From: Staphylococcus phage PhiSepi-HH3
Direction: 5' to 3' (one strand)
Sequence record: MT880872.1
Length of the DNA: 64,000 nucleotides
Positions 20,901-31,400 of this stretch are shown here, in pieces. Both the position numbers and the translations under genes were made by a program. The notes under the pieces were generated by a model, which searched no databases, was not told the origin of the DNA, and worked only from the letters and a program-made list of their open reading frames with translations. Numbering within the stretch: position 1 is the first letter of the stretch; each line of letters opens with the position of its first letter.

Positions 20901-23900
20901 TATATTCCCCGATTTAGTTACTGGTGAAAACCGTTATGGTAAGGAAATGGCCGGTAATAAAGAAGTAATGAAACAGAAAATTGAGTTAATCAAGCAAGAA
21001 ATGGAGCTTGAAAGACAAAAGAATGCTATCAAACAAAAAGAAGAGCAAGACGCTTACATCAAAGAACAAGATAGCTTAGCTAAGAAAAACAGAGGTCAAA
21101 AATGGTATCAACTTGGTCAAACACCAGAGTTGAAACTTCAGGAACAAGCACGTCCTACTACTGTTTCTGATAATAGTAACATTAACAAAATTAATGCCAC
21201 TATCCAAAAAGTGAAGAGTCAAGCCCAAGCTGAAAAAGCATTAGAACAAGTTGATAAGCAACTTGCTCAATCTCAAACTAAGAATAGACAAAATGAAGTT
21301 CAGCACTTACAAAAAGTTAGACAAGCTTTACAAGATTATATTACTAAAACTGGTCAAGCAAATCAGGCAACAAGAGCTGCGGTATTAACTGCACAGCAAC
21401 AATTCACTAACCAGATAGCAACAATGAAAAAGCTTGGTACTACTGGTCAACAAGTGATGACTACTATTTCTAACTCAGTTGCGAAAACAGCAAAGTCTGG
21501 TAAAGCTGCTCAAGCAACCTTCAAGTCGTTTGAAACCTCATTAGTTAAAAGCTCTTCATTCAAAAGCAAGATGGCTAGTTATGAAGCTTCTGTTAAGAAA
21601 TTTAAAAATGCTGCTAACCAATCTGCTAAAATTGCTGCTCTTAAAGACGTAGAACGTGATTACTCTAAAGTTGCTAAAGGTATTATGCAAGCGGCAAAAG
21701 CGGCAAACATGAGTAAATCTCAAATGAAAGATTTGAAAAAATCTCTTCAACAAAATATACAAGCAGAAACAGGCTTTAGAGCTTCAGTAAGTAAAGCTGG
21801 TAAAGTTACTATTGATCAATCTAAGAAAATCAAACAGAATACTGCTGAAACAAGACGTAACTCAAGTGCTAAATTACAAAATGCTGACGCTTCAGACCAA
21901 GCTTCTGAAGAAAATAAAGAGTTAGCAGACTCAATGCGTGCTGGTATTGAAAGTTCTCAATTACTTGGAAAAGCGATGGGAGAATTACAATCTCAAGGAA
22001 CACTTAGTACAGAAACTTTAATTGAATTAACTGAGAAGTATGGAGACGAAATTTTAGCTGTTGCTGGAGATCAGGAAGCTTTAAGTAACTTCATCATGCA
22101 AAAGCAAAATGAAGAAACTGATAACTACAACAAAAACCTTAAAACTAAATTAGAAAACTCTTCATCATACTATAAGGCGGTAGCTGGAGCTGACTCTGCC
22201 CTATCCAACTACTTAATGGAAAACTATGGTATTGATACTAAAAACTATAAGAGTTTAACAGAAGTCAAAGCTAAAATTACAGACCTTTACTACAATGGTT
22301 CAGCTGAAGAACAAGCTAAAGTAGTAGACGCTATCGCAAAAGCTTACCATATTGACTTATCTAACTATGGCTCTCTGAATGAGAAAAAAGAAGCATTAGA
22401 GAACCAATTGATGAAAATCTTAGGTAGTAAGTGGAAAAAATATATTGGTAGCGTAGCTAAGGATATGAAATCTCTTGGTGTTGACGCTGGTGAAGTTGGA
22501 GCAGATGGTTTTGATGACAGTAAAATGTTCAATCCGGGTGCTCTTATCGGTGCTAACAATTTCCAAAACGTTTCTAACCTAAGTAATATCAGTAATGTAT
22601 TCAACTCACTTAATGGTGCATTTAATGAAGCTAAGAATGAAGCTGCTGGTGTTAGTAGAGGCTTAGATGACGCTGCTAGTGGCTTAAAAGATGTTGGTGA
22701 CAGTGCTGGCTCAGCTGGTAGTGGTTTAGGTAAAACTGCTAAAGGCGCGGATAAAGCGTCTGACAGTTTAGATGGTACTAATAAAGAATTAGAAAAAACT
22801 AAAGAAAAAGCTGAAGAAGCTGGTGTCACAGTTAAACAACTTTATAAGCAATTTACAGTTACTACTTATGTTGCTGATAAACTAAGTATGGCTTTAGATA
22901 AAATTAATAATAAGTTAGAGAAACAAAAACTTTTAACTGAAAAATACGCAACTTGGTCAAGCAGTTATCGTAACTCACTTAAAGCAGAAAATAAATTGCT
23001 CGATGAAAAGACCGCTAAGATTAAAAAACAAATCGAGTCAATGAAAGAACAAATCGCTCAAGGTAAAGTTATTGAGTATGGTTTAGTTGGTAAAGATATT
23101 AATGTTCCTTACTATGAATATACTGCAAATAATTTAGATGATGGAGAAACTGGTCGTATTTCTCGATATACCGGTAATTCAACTCAAGCTAAGGTTTGGA
23201 ATTTCTTTAAATCTAAAGGGTTATCTGATCATGCTGTTGCGGGTATCATGGGTAATATGGAACGTGAGTCTAGATTTAAACCGGGAGCTCAAGAACAAGG
23301 CGGTACTGGTATTGGTTTAGTACAACTTTCATTTGGGCGTGCAAATAATTTAAGAAATTATGCTGCTAGAAGAGGAAAAAGCTGGAAAGACTTAAATACT
23401 CAACTTGACTTCATTTGGAAAGAATTAAATACTACTGAAGTTAATGCTTTACGAGGACTTAAATCAGCTACTTCAGTTATTGGTGCAGCAAACTCTTTCC
23501 AAAGATTATATGAACGTGCTGGTGTTGTAGCACAAGGAGAACGTAATGCGGCAGCTAAAAAGTATTACAGACAATTTAAAGGTACTAATGGTTCATCTGG
23601 CTTCCTAAGTGGTGGCGTGGTCGCTGGAACAAATGGTAAACCACTTACTTCAGATAGAAACGCTTATATCTTAGATAGACAATTCGGACGATATAATGGT
23701 GGTGGTGTCCATCACGGAAGAGATATCACGAGTGCTACTATTAACGGATCACCTATTAAAGCTGCACGTTCAGGTATAGTTACTTTTAAAGGATGGACTG
23801 GTGGTGGTAATACACTATCTATATTTGATGGTAAAAATACTTATACATACATGCATATGAAGAACCCGGCAAGAGTGGTAAAAGGACAACGAGTTAAAGC

Positions 23901-24474
23901 TGGACAAATTGTTGGTAACGTTGGTACTACGCATGATAGAAGATTAGGTGGCTTCTCTACTGGCCCTCACCTTCACGTACAAGTAAACTTAGGAAAAACT
24001 CCTTCTGGTACATTTATGAACACTTTCAATGGTGCTCATAGAGCAGTCGATCCTGTTAAATATGGATATACTAGAGTTTCTGGTGGCGGTAGTCTAAACT
24101 TAGGCTCGCTAACTTCTGGACATTCAGCGATGTCTGGTTCTATCAGTGCTGCAATGGCTGAAGACTTAAATGAAGCTGAACAAGAGCGTTTAAACAAAAT
24201 TGAACAAGCAATTAACGCACATAATAAAGCTGAAGAAATGAAGCAAAAAGTTGATGAGCTTAGAAAAACGTTAATGGATAAACAGCTTGAAGAAGTTCAA
24301 ACTGCTAAAGAAAAAAGTGAAAATCTTTATAACATCCAAAAATCTCACGTAGAAGAATATGATCATTGGAGAACATTACAAGAAGCACGATCTGCTAAAT
24401 TAGAATACGAATTAAACAAAATCGAATTCGAAAAAGGTAGAAATACTAAAGAATGGCGTAATAAAAATAAATAA
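17980..24474 (+). CDS. tail tape measure protein (2164 aa) with C-terminal tail-lysozyme-like and M23 peptidase domains
   Basis: GTG start with the ribosome-binding site AAAGGAG. The long helical N-terminal region has a central hydrophobic stretch. The lysozyme-like block GLSDHAVAGIMGNMERESRFKPGA...GIGLVQ lies at about 23200-23560. The M23 block GRDI...HMHM...GPHLHVQV lies at about 23690-24010. Confidence 0.8.
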   Translation: MASDFNIGILSTLEIDSSSSRKKINDTLKNIEANINSIKADLEVSDTKKSENNAIKSANNVIRNINSNGNLKKLNVELDVNLTKSRQNIQRALSTLSKDFKNKKIDIEVNAKANKNSIGQVKNSISKGASQPLEIKESPSSRSTSRDIKEQQSLMTGLANSYKNLDDLTRALNTSTFEGLRKTVKEIKNADNSLKSYQVTLERVNQEGKKLGSQRFDYTPSANGLKLNKTQLTDQTDKARKEENAAINKLLENEVSKYDRLLNKGKIDIKQHQTLLQTLRQITNEKSKANQFNRTDFNRVAKAAADEAKEYQYQNDMLRKKLALTSQIERIENRMAATIDKQQTNALKNQLNSLGNNRTPFGKEAAFHMNQIQDKVRQISAEAERATRTQLSFVDQFREAMTKFPVWMGATTLFFGAINGAKEMLDVITEIDGKMITLAKVTGDDNALQQTFIDANNAASQFGQTLGSVLDVYAEFARQGVKGNELSQFSNAALIAANVGEIDAKQASEYLTSMSAQWETTGNQAMRQVDSLNEVSNKYATTVEKLAQGQAKAGSTAKSMGLTFDETNGIIGALTAKTKQSGDEIGNFMKATLPKLYSGKGKSTIEGLGISMKDENGQLKSAISLLEEVSQKTKNLEKDQKAAVINGLGGTYHYQRMQVLLDDLSKTDGLYKQIKESSESSAGSALQENAKYMESIEAKVNQAKTAFEQFALAVGETFAKSGMLDGIRMVTQLLTGLTHGITELGTTAPIFGMVGGAASLMSKNVRSGFEGARSSVANYITEVNKLAKVNNAAGQVVGLQKVQTGTASQLQFNKNGEYDKAASQAKAAEQATYQFSKAQKDVSASAMIASGAINKTTVATTASTVATRAATLAVNGLKLAFRGLLAATGVGLAITGVSFVLEKVVGSFNAASQAAEQYKQKQEQTKQAIASMSNGEINSLISSYDKLQQKMNSGSAFNTAEAEKYKEVTSQLANIFPDLVTGENRYGKEMAGNKEVMKQKIELIKQEMELERQKNAIKQKEEQDAYIKEQDSLAKKNRGQKWYQLGQTPELKLQEQARPTTVSDNSNINKINATIQKVKSQAQAEKALEQVDKQLAQSQTKNRQNEVQHLQKVRQALQDYITKTGQANQATRAAVLTAQQQFTNQIATMKKLGTTGQQVMTTISNSVAKTAKSGKAAQATFKSFETSLVKSSSFKSKMASYEASVKKFKNAANQSAKIAALKDVERDYSKVAKGIMQAAKAANMSKSQMKDLKKSLQQNIQAETGFRASVSKAGKVTIDQSKKIKQNTAETRRNSSAKLQNADASDQASEENKELADSMRAGIESSQLLGKAMGELQSQGTLSTETLIELTEKYGDEILAVAGDQEALSNFIMQKQNEETDNYNKNLKTKLENSSSYYKAVAGADSALSNYLMENYGIDTKNYKSLTEVKAKITDLYYNGSAEEQAKVVDAIAKAYHIDLSNYGSLNEKKEALENQLMKILGSKWKKYIGSVAKDMKSLGVDAGEVGADGFDDSKMFNPGALIGANNFQNVSNLSNISNVFNSLNGAFNEAKNEAAGVSRGLDDAASGLKDVGDSAGSAGSGLGKTAKGADKASDSLDGTNKELEKTKEKAEEAGVTVKQLYKQFTVTTYVADKLSMALDKINNKLEKQKLLTEKYATWSSSYRNSLKAENKLLDEKTAKIKKQIESMKEQIAQGKVIEYGLVGKDINVPYYEYTANNLDDGETGRISRYTGNSTQAKVWNFFKSKGLSDHAVAGIMGNMERESRFKPGAQEQGGTGIGLVQLSFGRANNLRNYAARRGKSWKDLNTQLDFIWKELNTTEVNALRGLKSATSVIGAANSFQRLYERAGVVAQGERNAAAKKYYRQFKGTNGSSGFLSGGVVAGTNGKPLTSDRNAYILDRQFGRYNGGGVHHGRDITSATINGSPIKAARSGIVTFKGWTGGGNTLSIFDGKNTYTYMHMKNPARVVKGQRVKAGQIVGNVGTTHDRRLGGFSTGPHLHVQVNLGKTPSGTFMNTFNGAHRAVDPVKYGYTRVSGGGSLNLGSLTSGHSAMSGSISAAMAEDLNEAEQERLNKIEQAINAHNKAEEMKQKVDELRKTLMDKQLEEVQTAKEKSENLYNIQKSHVEEYDHWRTLQEARSAKLEYELNKIEFEKGRNTKEWRNKNK

Positions 24475-24540
24475 CTTCAAGCTTCTAGACAACTTGAAGT
24501 TAATTTCGAAGACTCAAAAATACAATATATTAATAAAGCA

Positions 24541-26253
24541 TTGAAGAAGAATGCAAATAAAATATTTGGTAAAAATACAGTAAATCGTGATGAGTTTGAA
24601 ACAATGAAGCGAGACGCTCAACAAAATATAAGAGATTTAAAAGCTGGTATTCAAACTGCTTCTGGTGAAATTGCTACTTCAATGATTGATCAAATTCTTG
24701 ATGAATATGAAGACCGTGTAGGTAAAGTTTCAGCTAAAATTGAAAAGATGGGTAAACAAAAAGAAAAACTTGATTTAGCCGATAATAAACAGGCTTTGAA
24801 AAGTTCATCCCTAAGTAGACAACAAGCTAAAGACTCTAAGTCACTAGCTAGTTACATTAATTTCTATATCAAACAATTAGAACGCCAGTTAAAATTAACG
24901 GGTAAAAACCATGAATTACAACAAAAAGTAAAAGAACAAATTAAAGAAATGAAAGTTGCTTATGATGACGCTACCCTAGCCGCTCATCAATATATTACTG
25001 AAGCTGCTGAAGTTGATACAGAAAGACAACTTCAATTAAACGCTAATCGTTTAAGAGACGCACAAAACGAGTTGTCTAAAGCTGATTATAAAGCTGGTTT
25101 CATTTCACAAGAATATCAAATTGACCTATACCGAAAAAATCAAGAAGCTAAGTTCAAAGGTTACTTAAAAGAAAAAGAAGCACTTGAACAAAATAAATCA
25201 GAACTTCAAGACATGTATGAGATTTATAAATCTGTCCCTACTCAAGCTCAAAAAATCAAAGAAGCTCTAATTGAAACCAAAAATGCTATTAGAGATAATA
25301 ATAAAGGTCTCTATGATTTGAAATATGATATGGCTAACAGTGTTATAAATCAAATTAAGGATATCTATTCAAAACAACTAGAGGTTGCCACGAAAGCGTA
25401 TGATGATGAATACAAAGCATACGAAAAAATGATCAACAAAAAGCTTAAACTTATTGATGATGAACAAACTCAAGAGTCATTCAATAAAGATGTCCGTGAT
25501 AGAACTGAAGCAATGGATAAAATTAGAGATGAAATTGCTCAAAGAAGTGGTGACGATAGTTTAGCTAACCAAAAGAAACTTAAAGATTTAAGAGAACAAT
25601 TAAAACAACAAGAAGAAGACTATACGATGTTCATTAACAATAAAAATCGTGATGACAGAAGAAAAGCTTTACAAGATGAGCTAAACGATAAAAACGAACA
25701 AATACAAGAACAAAAAGAAGATTTAAATAAAGCTTTCCAAGACTTAATTGGTGATACACGAAGATTTAATGCGATCCAAGAGTCACTTATGGAAGGTCAA
25801 ATTGATAAATATAAATCTCTAATTGCTGACTTAACTAAATACGTCAACGATAATATGAAAGAAATTGGACGTTCTACTAGTGAAGGAATATTAGATGGTC
25901 TTGCTGCTTCATTTAAAGGTTTGTCTTCTTTATCTAAAGAACTTCAGAAACAAGAAAAAAATAATTTGAACCCAGTACCTAATTCAAAATTAAAACCTAC
26001 TAAGGTTGATGAAGCTACAATCGCTGCCATTAAGAAAGTTAATGGTTTATCCCCTACTACTATACTTCAAGGTTTAGATATCAAACCTGTTAACCTTCCT
26101 AAAGATGTAAAACCAAGTAAAACAGTTACTAACAATAATAAAACGACTGCTAAAGCATTAGTTAACATTGAAAACTTCAACGGTACAAAAGCTGAAGCAG
26201 ATAAATTAGCTAATAACTTAGCAACTGCCATGAGAAAACAAGGCGTATTATAA
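24541..26253 (+). CDS. coiled-coil tail protein, in the same frame as the tape measure ORF and separated from it by a single TAA (possible C-terminal continuation of the tape measure protein)
   Basis: 17980 and 24541 are both congruent to 1 modulo 3. The 22 codons after the TAA at 24472-24474 are all sense codons. No ribosome-binding site precedes TTG 24541 or ATG 24604. Confidence 0.45.
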   Translation: MKKNANKIFGKNTVNRDEFETMKRDAQQNIRDLKAGIQTASGEIATSMIDQILDEYEDRVGKVSAKIEKMGKQKEKLDLADNKQALKSSSLSRQQAKDSKSLASYINFYIKQLERQLKLTGKNHELQQKVKEQIKEMKVAYDDATLAAHQYITEAAEVDTERQLQLNANRLRDAQNELSKADYKAGFISQEYQIDLYRKNQEAKFKGYLKEKEALEQNKSELQDMYEIYKSVPTQAQKIKEALIETKNAIRDNNKGLYDLKYDMANSVINQIKDIYSKQLEVATKAYDDEYKAYEKMINKKLKLIDDEQTQESFNKDVRDRTEAMDKIRDEIAQRSGDDSLANQKKLKDLREQLKQQEEDYTMFINNKNRDDRRKALQDELNDKNEQIQEQKEDLNKAFQDLIGDTRRFNAIQESLMEGQIDKYKSLIADLTKYVNDNMKEIGRSTSEGILDGLAASFKGLSSLSKELQKQEKNNLNPVPNSKLKPTKVDEATIAAIKKVNGLSPTTILQGLDIKPVNLPKDVKPSKTVTNNNKTTAKALVNIENFNGTKAEADKLANNLATAMRKQGVL

Positions 26254-26274
26254 GATTGTGAGGAGATGAGATAA

Positions 26275-28356
26275 GTGCCAGATATATTCTCAATGGAATA
26301 TACAGAGCTGAGAAATGCTCCCCACTTTATTTTTAACGGTTATCATACTCGTGATTTCAATGTAAAAAATGTACAAGTAGACAACGGTTTAGCAAGCGAC
26401 ACGTTCCTTGCTGACCGTACGCCTACTATTGAAAAAACAAGGTTCAGTGAGAAGACTTATTTACTAGGTTATACTGAAGAACCGCTTAAATTTAAAGTTA
26501 GATTATTATTTGATGAACATAAATTCACATTGAATAATATTATGACGTTAAGACGAATGATTGACACTGCTGGCTTTAAAGAATTTAGATTTGACAATGA
26601 AGAAGAGTCTGCATTAAATATTGTAGTTTATGCAATGATTACTGGAGCTTCTAATTTAACTCATAATGTAATCAATGATGGTTATGTTGACTTAGAATTC
26701 CAAACTAATAGTCCAAGAAGATATTCTGAAATCATGATTGATGAATATGACTTTAGTCGATCAGGTTCAGACAGATTAATTACTGAATTCAAAAGCGAAT
26801 TAAATAGTATTGTTCAATTAGAAGAAACTTTCTCTCATGAAATTAAGCAATACACTGCTAGAACAAACTATGCAAATATTGAAGAATTTTTTGAAGATAA
26901 GAATAAAGATAGTATTCCAGATGGTTGGAAAATTATCTCTGGTAATAAAAGTGGAATTGTTCTAAATAAAGACAAAAGTTTATCATTAACTAATGTAAAA
27001 CTTAGAAAACGTTTCTACCCTATTAATAACAGAAATTACTACATTAGATTTCATGGTAATGGTGGAAAGTTTAGAATTCATGAAGATACTTATAAAATCA
27101 CAGATGGTTTAGTCCATGAATTTAAATATAGAAGAAACCTTTTAGGCCATAGTGGTACTTTTGATTTAGATAGTTCTAGTGATGGAATTGGTGAAGGTTG
27201 GACTCAAAAAGGAGATAATGGTGCTTTTACTATTAATAAAGTAAGTGAGTTTCAGCAAATTACTGATGGTGGTATTTTAACCTCTCCTATTTCCATTCAA
27301 AAAATGCAAAAATATGTAGTGATTGCAGATGATTTAAATAAAAATTCTACTATCAAAGTTGGTAAAAACACAGTAACCAATACTACTTCACTACTCACAA
27401 AGATGAAGTTTATTGGTAGCTTGTCAGATCATGATATTACTATCAGTGCAGCCACTCCAACTGATAAAGCAATGTTATCACATATTCGAGTATTTGCAGT
27501 TACAGACGATGAATATGCAGAATTCGATACATTGACTGACCAGCAAATTAAAAATAAATACCCACATACTGACGCTCACGACTATTTCGAATTAGATTTT
27601 CTAGATACAGCTGGAAAAATTAATTATATAGATATGTGGGAATTAAGTGATGTTAATAAAAAGAAATTAGATAAAGGAACTAAAATAGAAGATATTATTT
27701 ATACACCTTATAAGAAATATCTAGCATTCCTTAATAAATACAAAGCTAATTTCACTCGAATGAAGGTTGAATTACTTGATAACTTCGCTAAAGTAAGCGG
27801 AGATCCAACAATTAACTTCAGACCACTTCGGGATAAAACAACGATTTTATTGCAAAAATTCAATCTACTTTTACAGAGTTTATCATTCGGTGACAATATG
27901 AAAAAGTATCAGTGGGCTGACTTACAACCATATTATCACCAAGTTTTATCAATCAAAGAGGAAACTGCGAAGCTTTTACCAGATTTGATCAGTTTCGTTA
28001 AACTGAATTCGAATAAGATTGATTTAATTTCAAACTTAGCTAACAGTAAAATTACAGTTTATAACTTTGGTGATAAACCTGTTTACCCTACTTTTACATT
28101 TGAGTCAACAAATGGCTCAGATATATTAGTAAGAAACTTAGACACCAATCAACAAACAATCATCAGTGATAATCTTGCTGGTGAGACAATCACTATGATT
28201 GGTGCAAGCGAACAAATTTATTCTTCTCGACCAGCTCCATATTTTAAATATGACGCACATGATGATAATTTTATCAGATTGGGTGTTGGAAGTAACGATT
28301 TAGAATTCGCTGGCAATTTTAAACTGAAAATTAAATATCAATTTGTATTACTATAA
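26275..28356 (+). CDS. distal tail protein (Dit-like), long form
   Basis: GTG start with the ribosome-binding site GAGGAGA. It holds the position after the tape measure gene and before the giant tail protein gene. Confidence 0.45.
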   Translation: MPDIFSMEYTELRNAPHFIFNGYHTRDFNVKNVQVDNGLASDTFLADRTPTIEKTRFSEKTYLLGYTEEPLKFKVRLLFDEHKFTLNNIMTLRRMIDTAGFKEFRFDNEEESALNIVVYAMITGASNLTHNVINDGYVDLEFQTNSPRRYSEIMIDEYDFSRSGSDRLITEFKSELNSIVQLEETFSHEIKQYTARTNYANIEEFFEDKNKDSIPDGWKIISGNKSGIVLNKDKSLSLTNVKLRKRFYPINNRNYYIRFHGNGGKFRIHEDTYKITDGLVHEFKYRRNLLGHSGTFDLDSSSDGIGEGWTQKGDNGAFTINKVSEFQQITDGGILTSPISIQKMQKYVVIADDLNKNSTIKVGKNTVTNTTSLLTKMKFIGSLSDHDITISAATPTDKAMLSHIRVFAVTDDEYAEFDTLTDQQIKNKYPHTDAHDYFELDFLDTAGKINYIDMWELSDVNKKKLDKGTKIEDIIYTPYKKYLAFLNKYKANFTRMKVELLDNFAKVSGDPTINFRPLRDKTTILLQKFNLLLQSLSFGDNMKKYQWADLQPYYHQVLSIKEETAKLLPDLISFVKLNSNKIDLISNLANSKITVYNFGDKPVYPTFTFESTNGSDILVRNLDTNQQTIISDNLAGETITMIGASEQIYSSRPAPYFKYDAHDDNFIRLGVGSNDLEFAGNFKLKIKYQFVLL

Positions 28357-28416
28357 AGAGTCACTTTTGTGGCTCTTTTATATTTGAGTTTTTTAAGAAT
28401 ATAAGGAGGAAACAAA

Positions 28417-31400
28417 ATGACTTTAAATAACCATTTTGCATATACATTTGAGGAGAGACCTACCCCAAAATTATGGCTTTGTAAACCAGATGGAACTAGA
28501 ATTGAAAGAATTGCAGATTTTTCAAAACTTGGTGGAACATTCAAATTCACTAATGTGAACACTTTACATTTTGATTTGCCATTGCAAGTATTTAGTGAAG
28601 ATACTAAGCAAATTGAAAGAAATAAAGTAGTTGATTTAGTAAAAAATAAATACTTAATTGATTATAGATATAACGGATATAGAGATATCTTTGTAATTGA
28701 TGATATTAAAAAATCTGCTAATGACTCTGATTTTATTACATTAAATTTAGACTCAAGAGCGTCTGAATTAAATAAGAAAGCTGCAAATGAAATTGAATTA
28801 TTAGGTTCTACTATCCCTCAAATGATGAACAAAATCTTATCAGTTTATGCTCCACTATGGAAACTTGGACATGTTGATGGAAAAATTATTGATGTTAAAC
28901 GTGAGTTAACTGGTTCTAATACAACTGTTAACGCTCTTATTGATAATATTTGTTCTCTTTTTGACGCAGTTGCTATTTATAACAACATTAATAGAACAAT
29001 AAGCTTCTATCATAAAGACAATGTTGGTACTAATCGTGGTTTAAGAGTTAGGGAAAATAGTTATTTAAAATCATTTGAAGATCAATTTGTATCAAAGGAT
29101 ATCGTTACTAGATTATATCCATTTGGTCAAAGTGGTTTAACAATTCAAAGTGTTAACCCAGCTGGCTCTTCTTATATTGAAGACTTCTCTTATTTCATGT
29201 CACCATTCAAACGTGATAATAACAGAAATGTATTACAACATAGTGATTATATGTCTGATGAATTATGTCACGCTTTGTTAGATTATCAAGAGTTTTATGC
29301 TAGTAAGAAGGATCAAGCTGGTGAATTATCTAAACAATATAGTGCAATTCTTAAAGAGCATTCACAAGAAGACTTCAGATTAAATCAATTAAGTGCTACA
29401 CTTCAACGACTAAATGAGCGTGTTGAATTAGTTAAACCTAAATCAGAATATATTGACTTAGGAACAAAGGTTAAGAATTTCAAAATCACTGTACCTAAAT
29501 CATCATATTATTTAATCATGATTAGAAATGATGGTAGTTTCACTAGAATTAAATTCAATAATAAACAGTATGATATTCCAAGTGGTGAGTGGTTGTATAT
29601 CAAACTTAAAACTGGTAAGTTTAATGACGCTACTAAGTTTGAGAAACAATTAGAATACCCTCTTGAAATATTAAGTGCAAACGCTAATTTAAGAGTGGTA
29701 TATACTCGTTCTTCTGAAGGAGATTATGAAGAAGAAGATACTAAGACAATCGAAGAAAAATACAACTTAGAAAAATATAAAATTTTAGTAAAAGATCAAG
29801 AAAAAGTAGTCGCTTCAATCGAAAGACGATTAAAAGCTTTTGAAGACCAAAAAGCAAGTGTAATACGTTCAATGAATGCAAAGAATTTCTTATCTGAAAA
29901 ACTTTATAATGAACGTGAGTTATATGTTTTTGAGTCTGTTTGGACGGAAGAAAATCATACAGACGCTCAAGAATTATATGATGACGCTGTAAAACAAATG
30001 AAGGAACAAAAGAAAATCAATAGAACGATTACAGTTGATTTAGTTAACTTCATTCAATCGCTTGACCATAAAGATGATTGGGATAAATTAAATGTTGGAG
30101 ATAAAGTTGTTTTCCAAAACAAAATCTTCAATACTAAAATCAAAGCCTATATCACTGAAATGCAATTAGATTTCCAAACTAATCAAGTAAAAATTACTAT
30201 TAGTGATATTTTTGATTACAAAGATTTAGACACAATCATCGCTGAAAAATTAGCCCAAACTACCTCTACTTCTTCTCAAGTTGATTTCCATAAACAACAA
30301 ATTAGAGAGCAAACCGGAAGAATTACAGATATGACTCGTCTTATCGAAGGTGAGTGGGACGCAAATAAAAAGCGTGTGATGGCTGGTAATGAAACAGTTG
30401 ATATTGGTTCACATGGTGTTAAAGTCATTTCAAAAGAGAACCCTAACGAATTCGTAATCATGGTTGGTGGCGTAATTGCTATGACTCGTGATAACGGTGA
30501 AACATTTAAAACTGGTATTACACCAGAAGGTATCAATGCTGAAATGCTTATCGGTAAGATGATCGTTGGTGAAACTTTAACTTTTGAAAATGAGTCTGGT
30601 ACAGTTAAATTCGACAAAGATGGACTTTATGTTAACTCTAAAAACTTCCATTTAGTTTCAAATGATGGAGAAGAAGACTACTTCGATAAATTAAAACGTG
30701 AAATGTCTGAAAACGCTAAACAACAAACAGACAGAATGTTAGAAGAGTATAAAAAAGAAGTTTCACAAACTATTTCTGAAGCTACTGACGTTAGAAACAT
30801 TGTTGATAATGCAGCAGATATTCTTCAAGCAGCTTTTGCTGATGGAGTTATCACAGATGTTGAAAAACGTTTGATTTCTGAAACTCTTGCTCAACTTGAA
30901 AAAGAAAATAGAGAATTCGAAGATAAAATTAACTTAGCTTTAAACCACCCTTACATCACTGAGGAAGATACTATTGAGTTAAATAATTCTATCGTTGAAT
31001 ATAGCTCAATGTATGAAACACTTGTTATTTCTATTAATGAAAGTGTTAGTGACAAGATGATCACACCTCAAGAGTCTGAAGAAATTAATCAAAATATTAT
31101 AAACTTCAGAGAAGAGATCAAAGACATCTTATCATTAGTAGAAGAAATTATTGAACGAACTAAAAATGCTCAACTACAAGCTACTTTAGAAGAAGCAAAA
31201 GATTATACAACAAGAGTTCGTGACGATATTAAAGATGAATTAAAAGACTTAAATAATTCATTTAAATCTTTAAATAGTACAGTTGAAGAGTCATTACAAG
31301 ATAATATTTTTGACGCTGCTGAATTAGAAGCTATTAAAACAGTTGTATTAGTAACTAAATCAGAATATCAAGATATTACAAATAGATATTCTTCAATGTC

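Noticed and set aside
22365-22829. A 154-aa ORF on the minus strand inside the tape measure gene. The same applies to 9207-9419, 21556-21762, 30276-30617, 31584-31829, 33025-33222, 35113-35334, 41138-42016, 43768-44925 and 58029-59093 (all minus strand) and 23138-23320 (plus strand).
   Set aside because: These are antisense or out-of-frame ORFs that lie wholly inside long, well-supported genes. They have no ribosome-binding site and their composition is low-complexity (Ser/Leu/Pro or Phe/Ile-rich), typical of shadow ORFs.
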